Assembly: GCF_003336245.1 (NCBI RefSeq)
Contig: NZ_QPHM01000001.1
Location: 1,964,113-1,988,112, forward strand
DNA length: 24,000 nt
Reading direction: 5' to 3'
Source: Haloplanus salinus
GTDB taxonomy: Archaea; Halobacteriota; Halobacteria; Halobacteriales; Haloferacaceae
Below are positions 1-6,829 of this stretch, in pieces. The notes under the pieces are model-generated. The model saw only the letters and a list, made by a program, of their open reading frames with translations. It did no database searches and had not been told where the DNA came from. The stretch's first letter is position 1, and each line of letters starts with the position of its first letter. The position numbers and the translations under genes were made by a program.

Positions 1-138
1 TCGACCGTCGCGTGTTTCGGGGCCGCACTGTGGCTGATGAGCGCGGGTCGGCTCAGCGTCGCCGGGGTCACCTTCCTGAGTGCGAGCATCCTCATCTACT
101 TCCGCGAGCGCTGGCTACAGCGAAACGACGCGGCGTAG
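1..138 (+). CDS. 3' end of a membrane protein gene (partial; start lies upstream of the window)
   Basis: Frame 1 is open from base 1 to TAG at 136-138. The translation STVACFGAALWLMSAGRLSVAGVTFLSASILIYFRERWLQRNDAA is a hydrophobic helix plus a basic tail. About 87% G/C at codon position 3, like the securely identified genes here. No family assignment is possible. Confidence 0.5.
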   Translation, partial: STVACFGAALWLMSAGRLSVAGVTFLSASILIYFRERWLQRNDAA

Positions 139-187
139 CCGCCCACGGACGGCTCGTGGGTCCCGGCCGTCGGTGCCGACGGGGGTC

Positions 188-628
188 TCAGTCGTTCATG
201 TTTTCGCGGACCGTCACGACCGGCGTCTCGGCCGTTCGAACCACCTTCTCCGCCGTGCTCCCGAGGAGCGCGCCCCACTTCCCCCGATACGCGCTCCCGA
301 GGACGATAGCGTCCATTCCCTCGTCTTTGGCGTAGTCGACGATCTCCTCGCCCGGTGACCCGCTCCGGAGCACCGCCACGCACTCCAGCCCCTCCGCCGC
401 CGCCATCTCGCAGACGTCGCCCGTGACTTCCTCGCCGTACTCGCGGTAGCGTTCGCGCATCTCGTCCTCGTCGTCCCTGAGATACACCGTCCGCGGTGCC
501 CCCGGGAGGTCGACGACGTAGAGCGCGTGTACCGTCGCGCCACACGTCGCCGCGAGTCCGATGCCGTGTTTGGCCCCTTTCATCGCCTCGTCGCTGCCGT
601 CGAACGGGATGAGAATCGTGTCGTACAT
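188..628 (-). CDS. universal stress protein (UspA family)
   Basis: ORF 188..658. MYDTILIPFDGSDEA is the canonical Usp N-terminus. The C-terminal ATP-binding-type motif is IVLGSAYRGKWGALLGSTAEKVV. Start placed at ATG 626-628; the upstream ATG at 656-658 is an alternative. Confidence 0.85.
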   Translation of the reverse strand: MYDTILIPFDGSDEAMKGAKHGIGLAATCGATVHALYVVDLPGAPRTVYLRDDEDEMRERYREYGEEVTGDVCEMAAAEGLECVAVLRSGSPGEEIVDYAKDEGMDAIVLGSAYRGKWGALLGSTAEKVVRTAETPVVTVRENMND

Positions 629-700
629 GCCTTTATGTTCCTTACCAACAGTTCTCATGACTGGAGCAAATAACTTGGGGGCGGCTCCCCGATCACGGGG

Positions 701-1933
701 TCACTCGGCGTCGTTCCCGTCGGCGAGCACTTCCCCGAGCGCGTCCTCCTCCCCGAGGACCGACCGCCCGAGCAGCCGCCCGCCGATGACCGCCGGGCTG
801 ATGACCGCGTCGGCGCCCACGGCCTCCAGTTTGTCGACGTGTCGTTGGTCCGTCGCCGCGGCGACGATGCGCACGTCGGGGTCGGCCTGCCGGGCGGCGA
901 CGACGGCGAGGGCGTCCCGCGCGTCGTCAGCCGTCGCCACGACCACGCCGCGCGCGGCGTCGATCCGAGCGTCGAGCAGCGGCCCTTCGTCCGTCGGATC
1001 GGCGGTCAGGACGCTCACGTCGCGCTCACCGAGCGTCGACGCCGCGTCGGCGTCCGGCGTCACGACCACCACGTCCGTCGTCGCTTCGAGTTCGTCGAGG
1101 AGCGGTTCGGTCAGTTCGCCGTTGCCGAGGACCAGTACGTGATCCTCGAGCAGTGTGAGTTCGGAGGCTGTCATGGTTCCGAAGGCGCTGGAGATGCGGG
1201 ATTCGAGGGCGGGCACGATCAACGACCCCGTGGCGACGGTGAACGCGCCGGTTCCGAGGACGATCACCGACAGCGTGAACAGTTTCGTCACCTGTGTCGT
1301 CGGCGTCGCGTCGCCGTAGCCGACCGTCGTCCCCGTCACGATGATGTAGTAGAACGCGTCGGTCACCGTGTCGACGCCGACGAAATGCTCGCGCATGGCG
1401 TAGGTGCCGACGGTGCCGTACATCTGTACGCCGACGAACGCGAGCAGCGCCGTCGTCTGGAACGCGGTCAACTCGACCCGGCGGTCGAAACTCGAGCGGT
1501 TCGCCACCGCGAGCGCCGCGCCCGCCGTACCGACCAGTGCGGGCACCGCGTCGCTCGCCGCTCCCGTCACCAACGGGACGCCGAATAGGGCCGCTACACA
1601 GCCCAACACGCCGTACCAGGCGAGTCGATATCGGCTCCGCAGGCCGGTCGCGACCCCCGCGAGCAGGAAGCCGACGACGATGCTCGCTAGCGGGACCACG
1701 TCCGTCGCACCGGGCGGGAGCGCCCCCGCGAACGGTCCGGTCGGCGTGACGCCACCCTGGCTCAGATGCGACAGCCCGGCGACGAAAGCGAAGACGGCCG
1801 TCGCTCCAGTCAGCAGGACGGCCGTCTTCGATCCGGAGAACGTCCGCCAGTAGACCAGCGGCACCTGCTCCGGCTGGGTGAACAGCTCGTCGAGCGCCGT
1901 ATCGCCCGGCGTCTCGGGGGGATCGGTCGCCAC
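701..1933 (-). CDS. potassium channel with C-terminal RCK/TrkA-N domain
   Basis: Contains the K+ selectivity filter TVGYGD within a pore helix (FYYIIVTGTTVGYGDATP). Several N-terminal TM helices are followed by a Rossmann-like RCK domain (HVLVLGNGELTEPLLDEL ... RIVAAATDQRHVDKLEAVGADAVISP). The first in-frame ATG is codon 180 of the track ORF, so the start must be non-ATG. GTG at 1931-1933 lies 28 nt downstream of a T-run/TATA-like element. The track start at 1960 is a TTG inside that element. Confidence 0.85.
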   Translation of the reverse strand: MATDPPETPGDTALDELFTQPEQVPLVYWRTFSGSKTAVLLTGATAVFAFVAGLSHLSQGGVTPTGPFAGALPPGATDVVPLASIVVGFLLAGVATGLRSRYRLAWYGVLGCVAALFGVPLVTGAASDAVPALVGTAGAALAVANRSSFDRRVELTAFQTTALLAFVGVQMYGTVGTYAMREHFVGVDTVTDAFYYIIVTGTTVGYGDATPTTQVTKLFTLSVIVLGTGAFTVATGSLIVPALESRISSAFGTMTASELTLLEDHVLVLGNGELTEPLLDELEATTDVVVVTPDADAASTLGERDVSVLTADPTDEGPLLDARIDAARGVVVATADDARDALAVVAARQADPDVRIVAAATDQRHVDKLEAVGADAVISPAVIGGRLLGRSVLGEEDALGEVLADGNDAE

Positions 1934-1956
1934 GAGGCCCGGTTCGCACGGCAACG

Positions 1957-1966
1957 ACAAAAAGAA
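1957..1966 (-). promoter_or_regulatory. TATA-like T-run (minus strand CTTCTTTTTG) upstream of the K+ channel gene
   Basis: It is the only AT-rich element in the 78 bp between the divergent start codons. It is centred about 28 nt upstream of GTG 1933, the spacing seen at other promoters in this window. Confidence 0.4.
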
Positions 1967-1983
1967 GCCCCCGACGACACACC

Positions 1984-1990
1984 TATGTTT
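1984..1990 (+). promoter_or_regulatory. weak TATA-like element (TATGTTT) upstream of the BCCT transporter gene
   Basis: Centred about 25 nt upstream of ATG 2012. This would give a leaderless or near-leaderless mRNA. Confidence 0.3.
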
Positions 1991-2011
1991 CCGCCCGGCG
2001 ACGCGTATGCT

Positions 2012-3862
2012 ATGACCTCACACGCTACGGCCGTGCTGGAGCGACTCGCTCGCTCCGCGCTCCTCCCCGTGTGTGTGCTGTCCGGCGTCGTCGTCGTCTT
2101 CGGCTTCTTTTTCCCCGCTATCGTCGGCTCCGTCGTCTCCGGTCGCGGATGGCTCGTCCTCTCGCTACTCTTTTTCGGCACCGGGCTCACCTACCTCGCA
2201 CTCCTCCCGGTGGACTCCCCCGACGCCGACGACTCACAGCCGGGGGCGCCGTATCTCCTCCGGGTCCGGCACCTCTCGTGGCGCAACTGGGCCGGCGGCT
2301 TCCTCGCCAGACAGGACCCCGTCACGTTCGGCGTGCCGGTCGTCGTCCTCGGCGGCTTCTTCGCCGCCCGCCTCCTCGCGCCCACCCAAACCGGTGTGGC
2401 CGTCACGGCGGCCCGGCGCGTCCTCTTCGGGCGTTTCGACTGGGTCTTCCTGGGCGCCATGTTCCTCGCCGTCGGCTACGCCTTCGTTCTCCTCGTCGGT
2501 CCGTGGGGGTCGATCAGACTCGGCGGCCCCGACGCCGAACCGGATTACACGTACCCGACGTACTTCGCGATGGTCTTTACCGCCGGCATCGCCGCGGGCG
2601 TCGTCTTCTGGGGCCCCGCCGAGTCGCTCTTCCACTACGGATCGCCCCCACCCGGGACGGGTGTCACGCCCCGTTCCGCCGCCGCCGCCGTCGTCGCGCT
2701 CACCTACGCGAGCTTCCACTGGGGCGTGTCGGCGTGGTGTGCCTACCTCGTCGTCGGCCTCCCCATCGCCTACTACACGCACCAGCACGGCGCCCCGCTC
2801 CGCGTCTCGACGATTCTCACCCCTTTTCTCGGCGTCGACGGCCTCGACGGCGCGCTCGCGAAACTCGTCGACGTGTTGGCCATCTTCGCCACCATCGGTG
2901 GCATCGCCACCTCCGTCGCGTTCGTCGGCCAACAGTTCCTCGCCGGCATCACTTTCCAGTGGGGCGTCGCCGTCGGGGGGTCCGGCGCCCTCCTCTTCGT
3001 CGCCGGCCTCGTCGTCATCTACGGCGTCTCGGCCGAGAGCGGCGTCCAACGCGGCATCCGTCGCATCGCCGGCGTCAACCTCGTCCTCTTCGTGCTCTTC
3101 GCGCTCCTGCTTTTGATCGTCGGCCCCCGCGGGTTCGTCCTCGACGTCGGCGCCGCCGCCCTCGGCCGCTACGCCACCGACTTCGTGTCGATGAGCTTCG
3201 TCGCCTCCTCCCCGTGGGCCGCCGACTGGACGGTCTGGAACTGGGCGTGGTGGTTCTCGTGGGCGCCCTTCGCCGGCCTCTTTCTCGCGGCGCTCTCGAA
3301 GGGTCGCCGGGTGCGGACCGTCGTCTTCACTGGCGTCGTCGCCACGTCGGTCGCCTCCGTCTGTTGGCACCTGTTGTTCGGCGGCACTGCACTCGCACTC
3401 CAACGATCCGGCCGGGCCGACGTACTCGCCACCATCGACGCCGCCGGCGGCGCCGAAGCCGTCGCCGGCTTCCCGGTCCTCGCCGCACTCCCGCTCTCGC
3501 GGCTCCTCCTCTTTGCCTTCCTCGCGCTCATCGTCGTCTTCATCGTCACCTCCGCGGACACGTCGACGCTCGTCGTGTCGATTCTCGCCACTCGCCGGGG
3601 CGTCGCACCGACCACCGGGAGCATCGTCTTCTGGGGGGTCCTCCAGGGGCTCGTCGCCGGCGCCGTGTTGCTCGTCGGCGGCGGCGAGTCGCTACAGGTC
3701 GCGGCCGTACTGACCGGAGGGCCGTTCGCGGTCCTCTCGGTGGTCGCGCTGGCCGGCCTGACCCTCGCATTCCGCCGTCACGAACGCGGGCGCTCGACGC
3801 TCGTCGGCCGGATTCGGGCCGCAGTCGGTCGCGCCGGCGACCCACCCGGCGACGACGGCTAA
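2012..3862 (+). CDS. BCCT-family (betaine/carnitine/choline) compatible-solute transporter
   Basis: Carries the BCCT signature tryptophan box WTVWNWAWWFSWAPFAGLFLAALSKGRRVRTVV, plus FHWGVSAWCAYLVVGLPIAYYTHQHGAPLRVSTIL. About 12 hydrophobic segments. The track ORF starts at 1766, but its upstream part is Arg-rich and antisense to the K+ channel gene. ATG 2012 (MTSHATAVLERL) was chosen; ATG 1985 is possible. Confidence 0.9.
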   Translation: MTSHATAVLERLARSALLPVCVLSGVVVVFGFFFPAIVGSVVSGRGWLVLSLLFFGTGLTYLALLPVDSPDADDSQPGAPYLLRVRHLSWRNWAGGFLARQDPVTFGVPVVVLGGFFAARLLAPTQTGVAVTAARRVLFGRFDWVFLGAMFLAVGYAFVLLVGPWGSIRLGGPDAEPDYTYPTYFAMVFTAGIAAGVVFWGPAESLFHYGSPPPGTGVTPRSAAAAVVALTYASFHWGVSAWCAYLVVGLPIAYYTHQHGAPLRVSTILTPFLGVDGLDGALAKLVDVLAIFATIGGIATSVAFVGQQFLAGITFQWGVAVGGSGALLFVAGLVVIYGVSAESGVQRGIRRIAGVNLVLFVLFALLLLIVGPRGFVLDVGAAALGRYATDFVSMSFVASSPWAADWTVWNWAWWFSWAPFAGLFLAALSKGRRVRTVVFTGVVATSVASVCWHLLFGGTALALQRSGRADVLATIDAAGGAEAVAGFPVLAALPLSRLLLFAFLALIVVFIVTSADTSTLVVSILATRRGVAPTTGSIVFWGVLQGLVAGAVLLVGGGESLQVAAVLTGGPFAVLSVVALAGLTLAFRRHERGRSTLVGRIRAAVGRAGDPPGDDG

Positions 3863-4107
3863 CGGTACACCGGACGAAGGTCCGTGACGTCCTTGTCGTA
3901 GCCGAGCCAGACGCTGAGGGCCGACGCGGCCACCACGAGATAGATCGGGAAGAGCGCGAACAGGGCGTACAGCGCCATCGCCGCCGTGAGGGCGCCCGAC
4001 AGATAGCCGGCCCCGAGGGTGGCGAGACCGACGACGCCGGCGGTCAGCATCCCGAGCCGGAAGGCGCTCCGCGCGGCCGGCCCCGGCGTCCGTTTCAGAG
4101 TCGTCAT
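3859..4107 (-). CDS. small (82 aa) two-TM membrane protein, uncharacterised
   Basis: ATG at 4105-4107 with a TATAAG box about 30 nt upstream. Two clear hydrophobic helices (LGMLTAGVVGLATLGAGYLSGAL and MALYALFALFPIYLVVAASALSVWL). Its stop overlaps the BCCT stop by 4 bp. Confidence 0.6.
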   Translation of the reverse strand: MTTLKRTPGPAARSAFRLGMLTAGVVGLATLGAGYLSGALTAAMALYALFALFPIYLVVAASALSVWLGYDKDVTDLRPVYR

Positions 4108-4134
4108 CGATAGTCGGCGTAGGCCGTTCGGCGG

Positions 4135-4140
4135 TATAAG
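4135..4140 (-). promoter_or_regulatory. TATA box (minus strand CTTATA) for the 82-aa membrane protein gene
   Basis: GGTATAAG lies in the 43-bp gap after the sph3 stop, about 30 nt upstream of ATG 4107. The same motif type occurs upstream of rdfA, aIF5A, NIF3 and the enolase-family gene. Confidence 0.5.
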
Positions 4141-4150
4141 TCGCCGGATT

Positions 4151-6085
4151 TCACGTGGCCGACGACGCCAGCGCGACCGTCTCGAATCGCTCCCGCAGCC
4201 GCTCGGCCTCCTCCGGGAGGGCCGCGCCCACGACGTAGCGGGCGTGATCGGAGAAAACGTCGAGCAGGCCCTGGATGCGCTCCGCGTCCAGCATCTCGAT
4301 GGCGTCCACGACGACGGCAGGGACCGTCTCGGCCACGTCGTAGACGAGATAGCCCGCGAGCGCGATCACCAGCCCGACGACCTCGCGCTCGCTCTTGCTG
4401 AGGGTAGCGACCGGCGCGCGGTAGACGCCCCCGTCGTCCGCCGTCCGGACGACCTGTAGGTCGAAGACCGTTCCCGGTTCCTCCTCGCGGCGCTCGACCC
4501 AGACGCGTTCGAGCGCCCGGTACGAGAGTCGATCCAGCACGCGCTCCAGACACTCGTTGACCGTCTCGACCGTCTCGCGCTCGATCCGCTCGACGCGCTC
4601 CCGACACGCCGCGAGCCGGTCGGTCACCGCGTCCCGCTCCTCGCGGAGCGACTCGCGCTCCGCTTTCGCCTCCTCGGCGGCCTCGATCCGCTCCTCCACC
4701 TCGGCGAGTTCACGTTCGAGCCGACCGCGCTCGTACTCCAGTTCGCTCACCTCGCGGTGGCGCTCGACGACCGCGTCGGCGGCGTCGGTCGCGTCGAGGT
4801 CCGCCTCCAGCGACGCGATCCGGTCGCGGACGTCGTCGAGGCGCTCTTCGAGGTCGGCGAGCGTCCGCTCGCGCTCCTCGACGTCGCGTTCGAGACGCCG
4901 ACGGCGCTCCACGAGGTCCGCGCGTTCGTCGCGCCGGGCGCGGAGGGCCGCCCGCTCCGACTGGAGGTCCTCGATTCGGCCCACGACGGTCGCTCGCTCC
5001 GCTCGCTTCTCGCCGAGAATCGCTTCGACGGCCTCGACCTGCGCTTCGATCTCCGCGCGTTCGACGGGTTGGCCGCAGGTCCAACAGGTGACGCTCCCCG
5101 CATCGGGTCGCAGGTCGTCGAGGGCGTCGGCCGCGTCGAACGCCTCCGGAAGCCGCGCCTCGGCCAAGAACTCCTGGTTCATCTCGACGATCGGACTCAG
5201 GGCGTTGATCGTCTCGTCGAGTCGACCCGTCCGGTCGCGGAGTCGGCGCAGGTCGTCCTCGACGGCCTCTAGGCGTGCTTCGACGCTCTCGACACCTTCC
5301 GGCGTCGACTCGGCCAGCCGCTCCTCGACCGCTTCGAGGTCGTCACGGAGGGACTCGACGGCGCGGCGCTTCGTCTCCCGTCGCTCGCGGAGTCGTTCCC
5401 GTTCCTCCCGGGCCGTCTCCAGATCGTCGAGGACCGCCCGCGTCGCCGCTGCGGCCCCGCGGTAGTCCGTCCCCTCGAGTGCGGCCCGCTTCTCGTCGAG
5501 CCTCGCCACCACGTCGTCGCGTTCGTCGGCCAACCGCCGCGCCCGAACCTCCAGTTCGGGCAGGTCGTCGACCGAGTCGTCGAGGCTGGCGACGCGTCCG
5601 TCGATCCCGTCGCGTCGCTCCCGCAAGCGCTCGATTTCGGCGTCGATCGCCTCGGTGTCGACCGGCCGCATCAGTAGGTCGTGGAGATCACCGCCGTCGA
5701 CGACGGCCCGCCGGATCGGGTTCTCCTCCCCCAACACCACGAAGAGGTCGACGAGGGTCGACGCCGGTGCGTACGGCGTCGCGTCCACGACGACCGTCTC
5801 CCCGTCCCGCCGTCGCAGGTCGAGTTCGTACCGCTCGCCGTCGGCGTCGAGCGTGACGGAACCGGCGCCACACCCTCCGCGAAGCGGCGGGTGGGGGCCG
5901 CCGAGGACGCCGCCGAGGCTGCCGAGCAGCGACGACTTGTTGGAGGCGTTCTCGCCCGCGACGACCGTGACGCCCGGATCGAGCGTCACGGACGCGCCGT
6001 CGATTCCGCCGACGTTTCGAACGTCGAGTCGCCACTGACTGCCTCCCTTCCGCCCGTCTTCGTCGGTCGTCTCGTCCGTGCTCAT
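4151..6085 (-). CDS. sph3: archaea-specific SMC-related (Sph-family) ATPase
   Basis: The N-terminal head has a Walker-A-like GENASNKSS. About 400 aa of E/R/L/A-rich coiled coil is interrupted centrally by a CxxC hook (VTCWTCGQPV, 5075-5086). The C-terminal head has the signature-like LSKSEREVV and Walker B AVVVDAIEMLD. It lies directly downstream of an rdfA-like gene, as I recall for Haloferax volcanii sph3. Confidence 0.8.
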   Translation of the reverse strand: MSTDETTDEDGRKGGSQWRLDVRNVGGIDGASVTLDPGVTVVAGENASNKSSLLGSLGGVLGGPHPPLRGGCGAGSVTLDADGERYELDLRRRDGETVVVDATPYAPASTLVDLFVVLGEENPIRRAVVDGGDLHDLLMRPVDTEAIDAEIERLRERRDGIDGRVASLDDSVDDLPELEVRARRLADERDDVVARLDEKRAALEGTDYRGAAAATRAVLDDLETAREERERLRERRETKRRAVESLRDDLEAVEERLAESTPEGVESVEARLEAVEDDLRRLRDRTGRLDETINALSPIVEMNQEFLAEARLPEAFDAADALDDLRPDAGSVTCWTCGQPVERAEIEAQVEAVEAILGEKRAERATVVGRIEDLQSERAALRARRDERADLVERRRRLERDVEERERTLADLEERLDDVRDRIASLEADLDATDAADAVVERHREVSELEYERGRLERELAEVEERIEAAEEAKAERESLREERDAVTDRLAACRERVERIERETVETVNECLERVLDRLSYRALERVWVERREEEPGTVFDLQVVRTADDGGVYRAPVATLSKSEREVVGLVIALAGYLVYDVAETVPAVVVDAIEMLDAERIQGLLDVFSDHARYVVGAALPEEAERLRERFETVALASSAT

Positions 6086-6096
6086 CGTCGGGAACC

Positions 6097-6118
6097 GCTC
6101 GACCGCCGTCGGTCGAGC
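6097..6118 (-). promoter_or_regulatory. palindrome/stem-loop (9-bp arms GCTCGACCG / CGGTCGAGC, 4-nt spacer) in the rdfA-sph3 spacer
   Basis: Perfect inverted repeat read directly from the sequence. It starts 12 nt upstream of the sph3 ATG (6083-6085), within the 65-bp intercistronic gap. Confidence 0.45.
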
Positions 6119-6150
6119 GACCGTGTCTCCGATACGTTCGGACGGGACTA

Positions 6151-6750
6151 TTACGTTTGTGACTCCCCCTCACGACAGCCACAGCCACCGCGTTCGAGCA
6201 GGCGCCGCAGGCCGTACTCCTCGCCGCAGGCCGCGCAGGCGACGCGCACGGTCAGCGAGACGGTCAGGTCGCCGGCGTCGAACGCGTCCGTCTCGGCCAG
6301 CCGCGACAGCTCCCGCTCGGTCACCGCCTCCGCCCGGCCGACGAGCGTGTACACGGTCCCCCGAACCGCGTCGGCGTCGGTCCCCGCCTCCCGCCCAGTT
6401 TCGATCCCCGCACACTCCCGAAGGTGGGTTCGAATCGTCCCGTACGTGAGGAAATCGCCCGTGACGCCGTCGACGTCGACGCCGGCGCGGGTGAGACGGT
6501 CCCGTGCCTCCGTGCGTGCGGCGTGACTCACGTCGTCGGCCGTGAGCAGGCGGAGGACGTTCGCCGCCTCGCCGTCGAGCAGCTCCATCCCCGCGGCCCG
6601 CATCGCCGCCGCCAGCACCTCGCGGTTGAAGAACCGTTCGAGGTCGCGGAGGCTCGCCCCCGTCTCCGTGCGGCGCTCCACCAACCGCTCCGGGAGCGTC
6701 GGGAGGTCCCGACGGCCGCAGACCCGTTCGACCTTGCACCCGTCGGCCAT
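6151..6750 (-). CDS. rdfA: rod-determining factor RdfA-like protein
   Basis: MADGCKVERVCGRRDLPTLPERLVERRTETGASLRDLERFFNREVL... matches my recollection of the RdfA family that is paired with Sph3. It has a C-terminal Cys cluster (CAACGEEYGLRRLLERGGCGC). ATG 6748-6750 lies 28 nt downstream of a consensus TTTATA box. The track extension to 6963 is Arg/Pro-rich and crosses the divergent gene. Confidence 0.7.
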   Translation of the reverse strand: MADGCKVERVCGRRDLPTLPERLVERRTETGASLRDLERFFNREVLAAAMRAAGMELLDGEAANVLRLLTADDVSHAARTEARDRLTRAGVDVDGVTGDFLTYGTIRTHLRECAGIETGREAGTDADAVRGTVYTLVGRAEAVTERELSRLAETDAFDAGDLTVSLTVRVACAACGEEYGLRRLLERGGCGCREGESQT

Positions 6751-6775
6751 CGATCGCCGGTGGGTCGCCCGTCGG

Positions 6776-6781
6776 TATAAA
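6776..6781 (-). promoter_or_regulatory. consensus TATA box (minus strand TTTATA) for rdfA, leaderless geometry
   Basis: GGTATAAACCCC on the plus strand. It is centred 28 nt upstream of the rdfA ATG. Confidence 0.6.
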
Positions 6782-6798
6782 CCCCGCCCCGAGCAAGG

Positions 6799-6805
6799 CT
6801 TATGA
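6799..6805 (+). promoter_or_regulatory. TATA-like element (CTTATGA) for the spermidine-synthase-fold gene
   Basis: Centred 28 nt upstream of ATG 6830. It lies back-to-back with the rdfA TATA box. Confidence 0.35.
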
Positions 6806-6829
6806 GCGCCCTCCCCAATGGTCGGGCGA

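Noticed and set aside
142-182. Two tandem short hairpins (142-160 and 167-182) between the convergent partial membrane gene and uspA, considered as bidirectional terminators.
   Set aside because: The stems are only 6-7 bp and have no adjacent oligo-T or oligo-A tract on either strand. In such GC-rich DNA, stems of this size arise by chance.
2234-3403. A 389-aa acidic ORF on the minus strand, opposite the BCCT gene.
   Set aside because: It is a mirror-frame shadow ORF typical of very GC-rich coding DNA. Its composition is E/D/G/R/A-rich and low in complexity, with no recognisable motifs. The plus strand carries an unmistakable BCCT signature. The 680-aa and 347-aa plus-strand off-frame ORFs (2071..4113, 2073..3116) are Arg/Pro/Ser-rich for the same reason.
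4557-5465. A 302-aa Ser/Arg/Ala-rich plus-strand ORF inside sph3, with several Arg-rich minus-strand off-frame ORFs.
   Set aside because: It is the complement of the GAG/CGC/CTC-rich coiled-coil codons of sph3. It is low in complexity and not protein-like.
4151-6085. Possibility that the SMC-like gene is part of a defence system (Lamassu, Wadjet or Rad50-like).
   Set aside because: No nuclease or effector, kleisin-like or JetABCD-type partners are adjacent. The only partner matches the RdfA family associated with cell shape. I therefore did not call it a defence system, though only a profile search could fully exclude this.
6426-6436. A tRNA T-loop-like GGGTTCGAATC (also GATTCGAATC at 23951-23960).
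   Set aside because: Both lie inside well-supported coding frames (rdfA and PCD). Neither has acceptor-stem or anticodon-arm complementarity around it. I found no tRNA, rRNA, RNase P or SRP RNA signature anywhere in the window.
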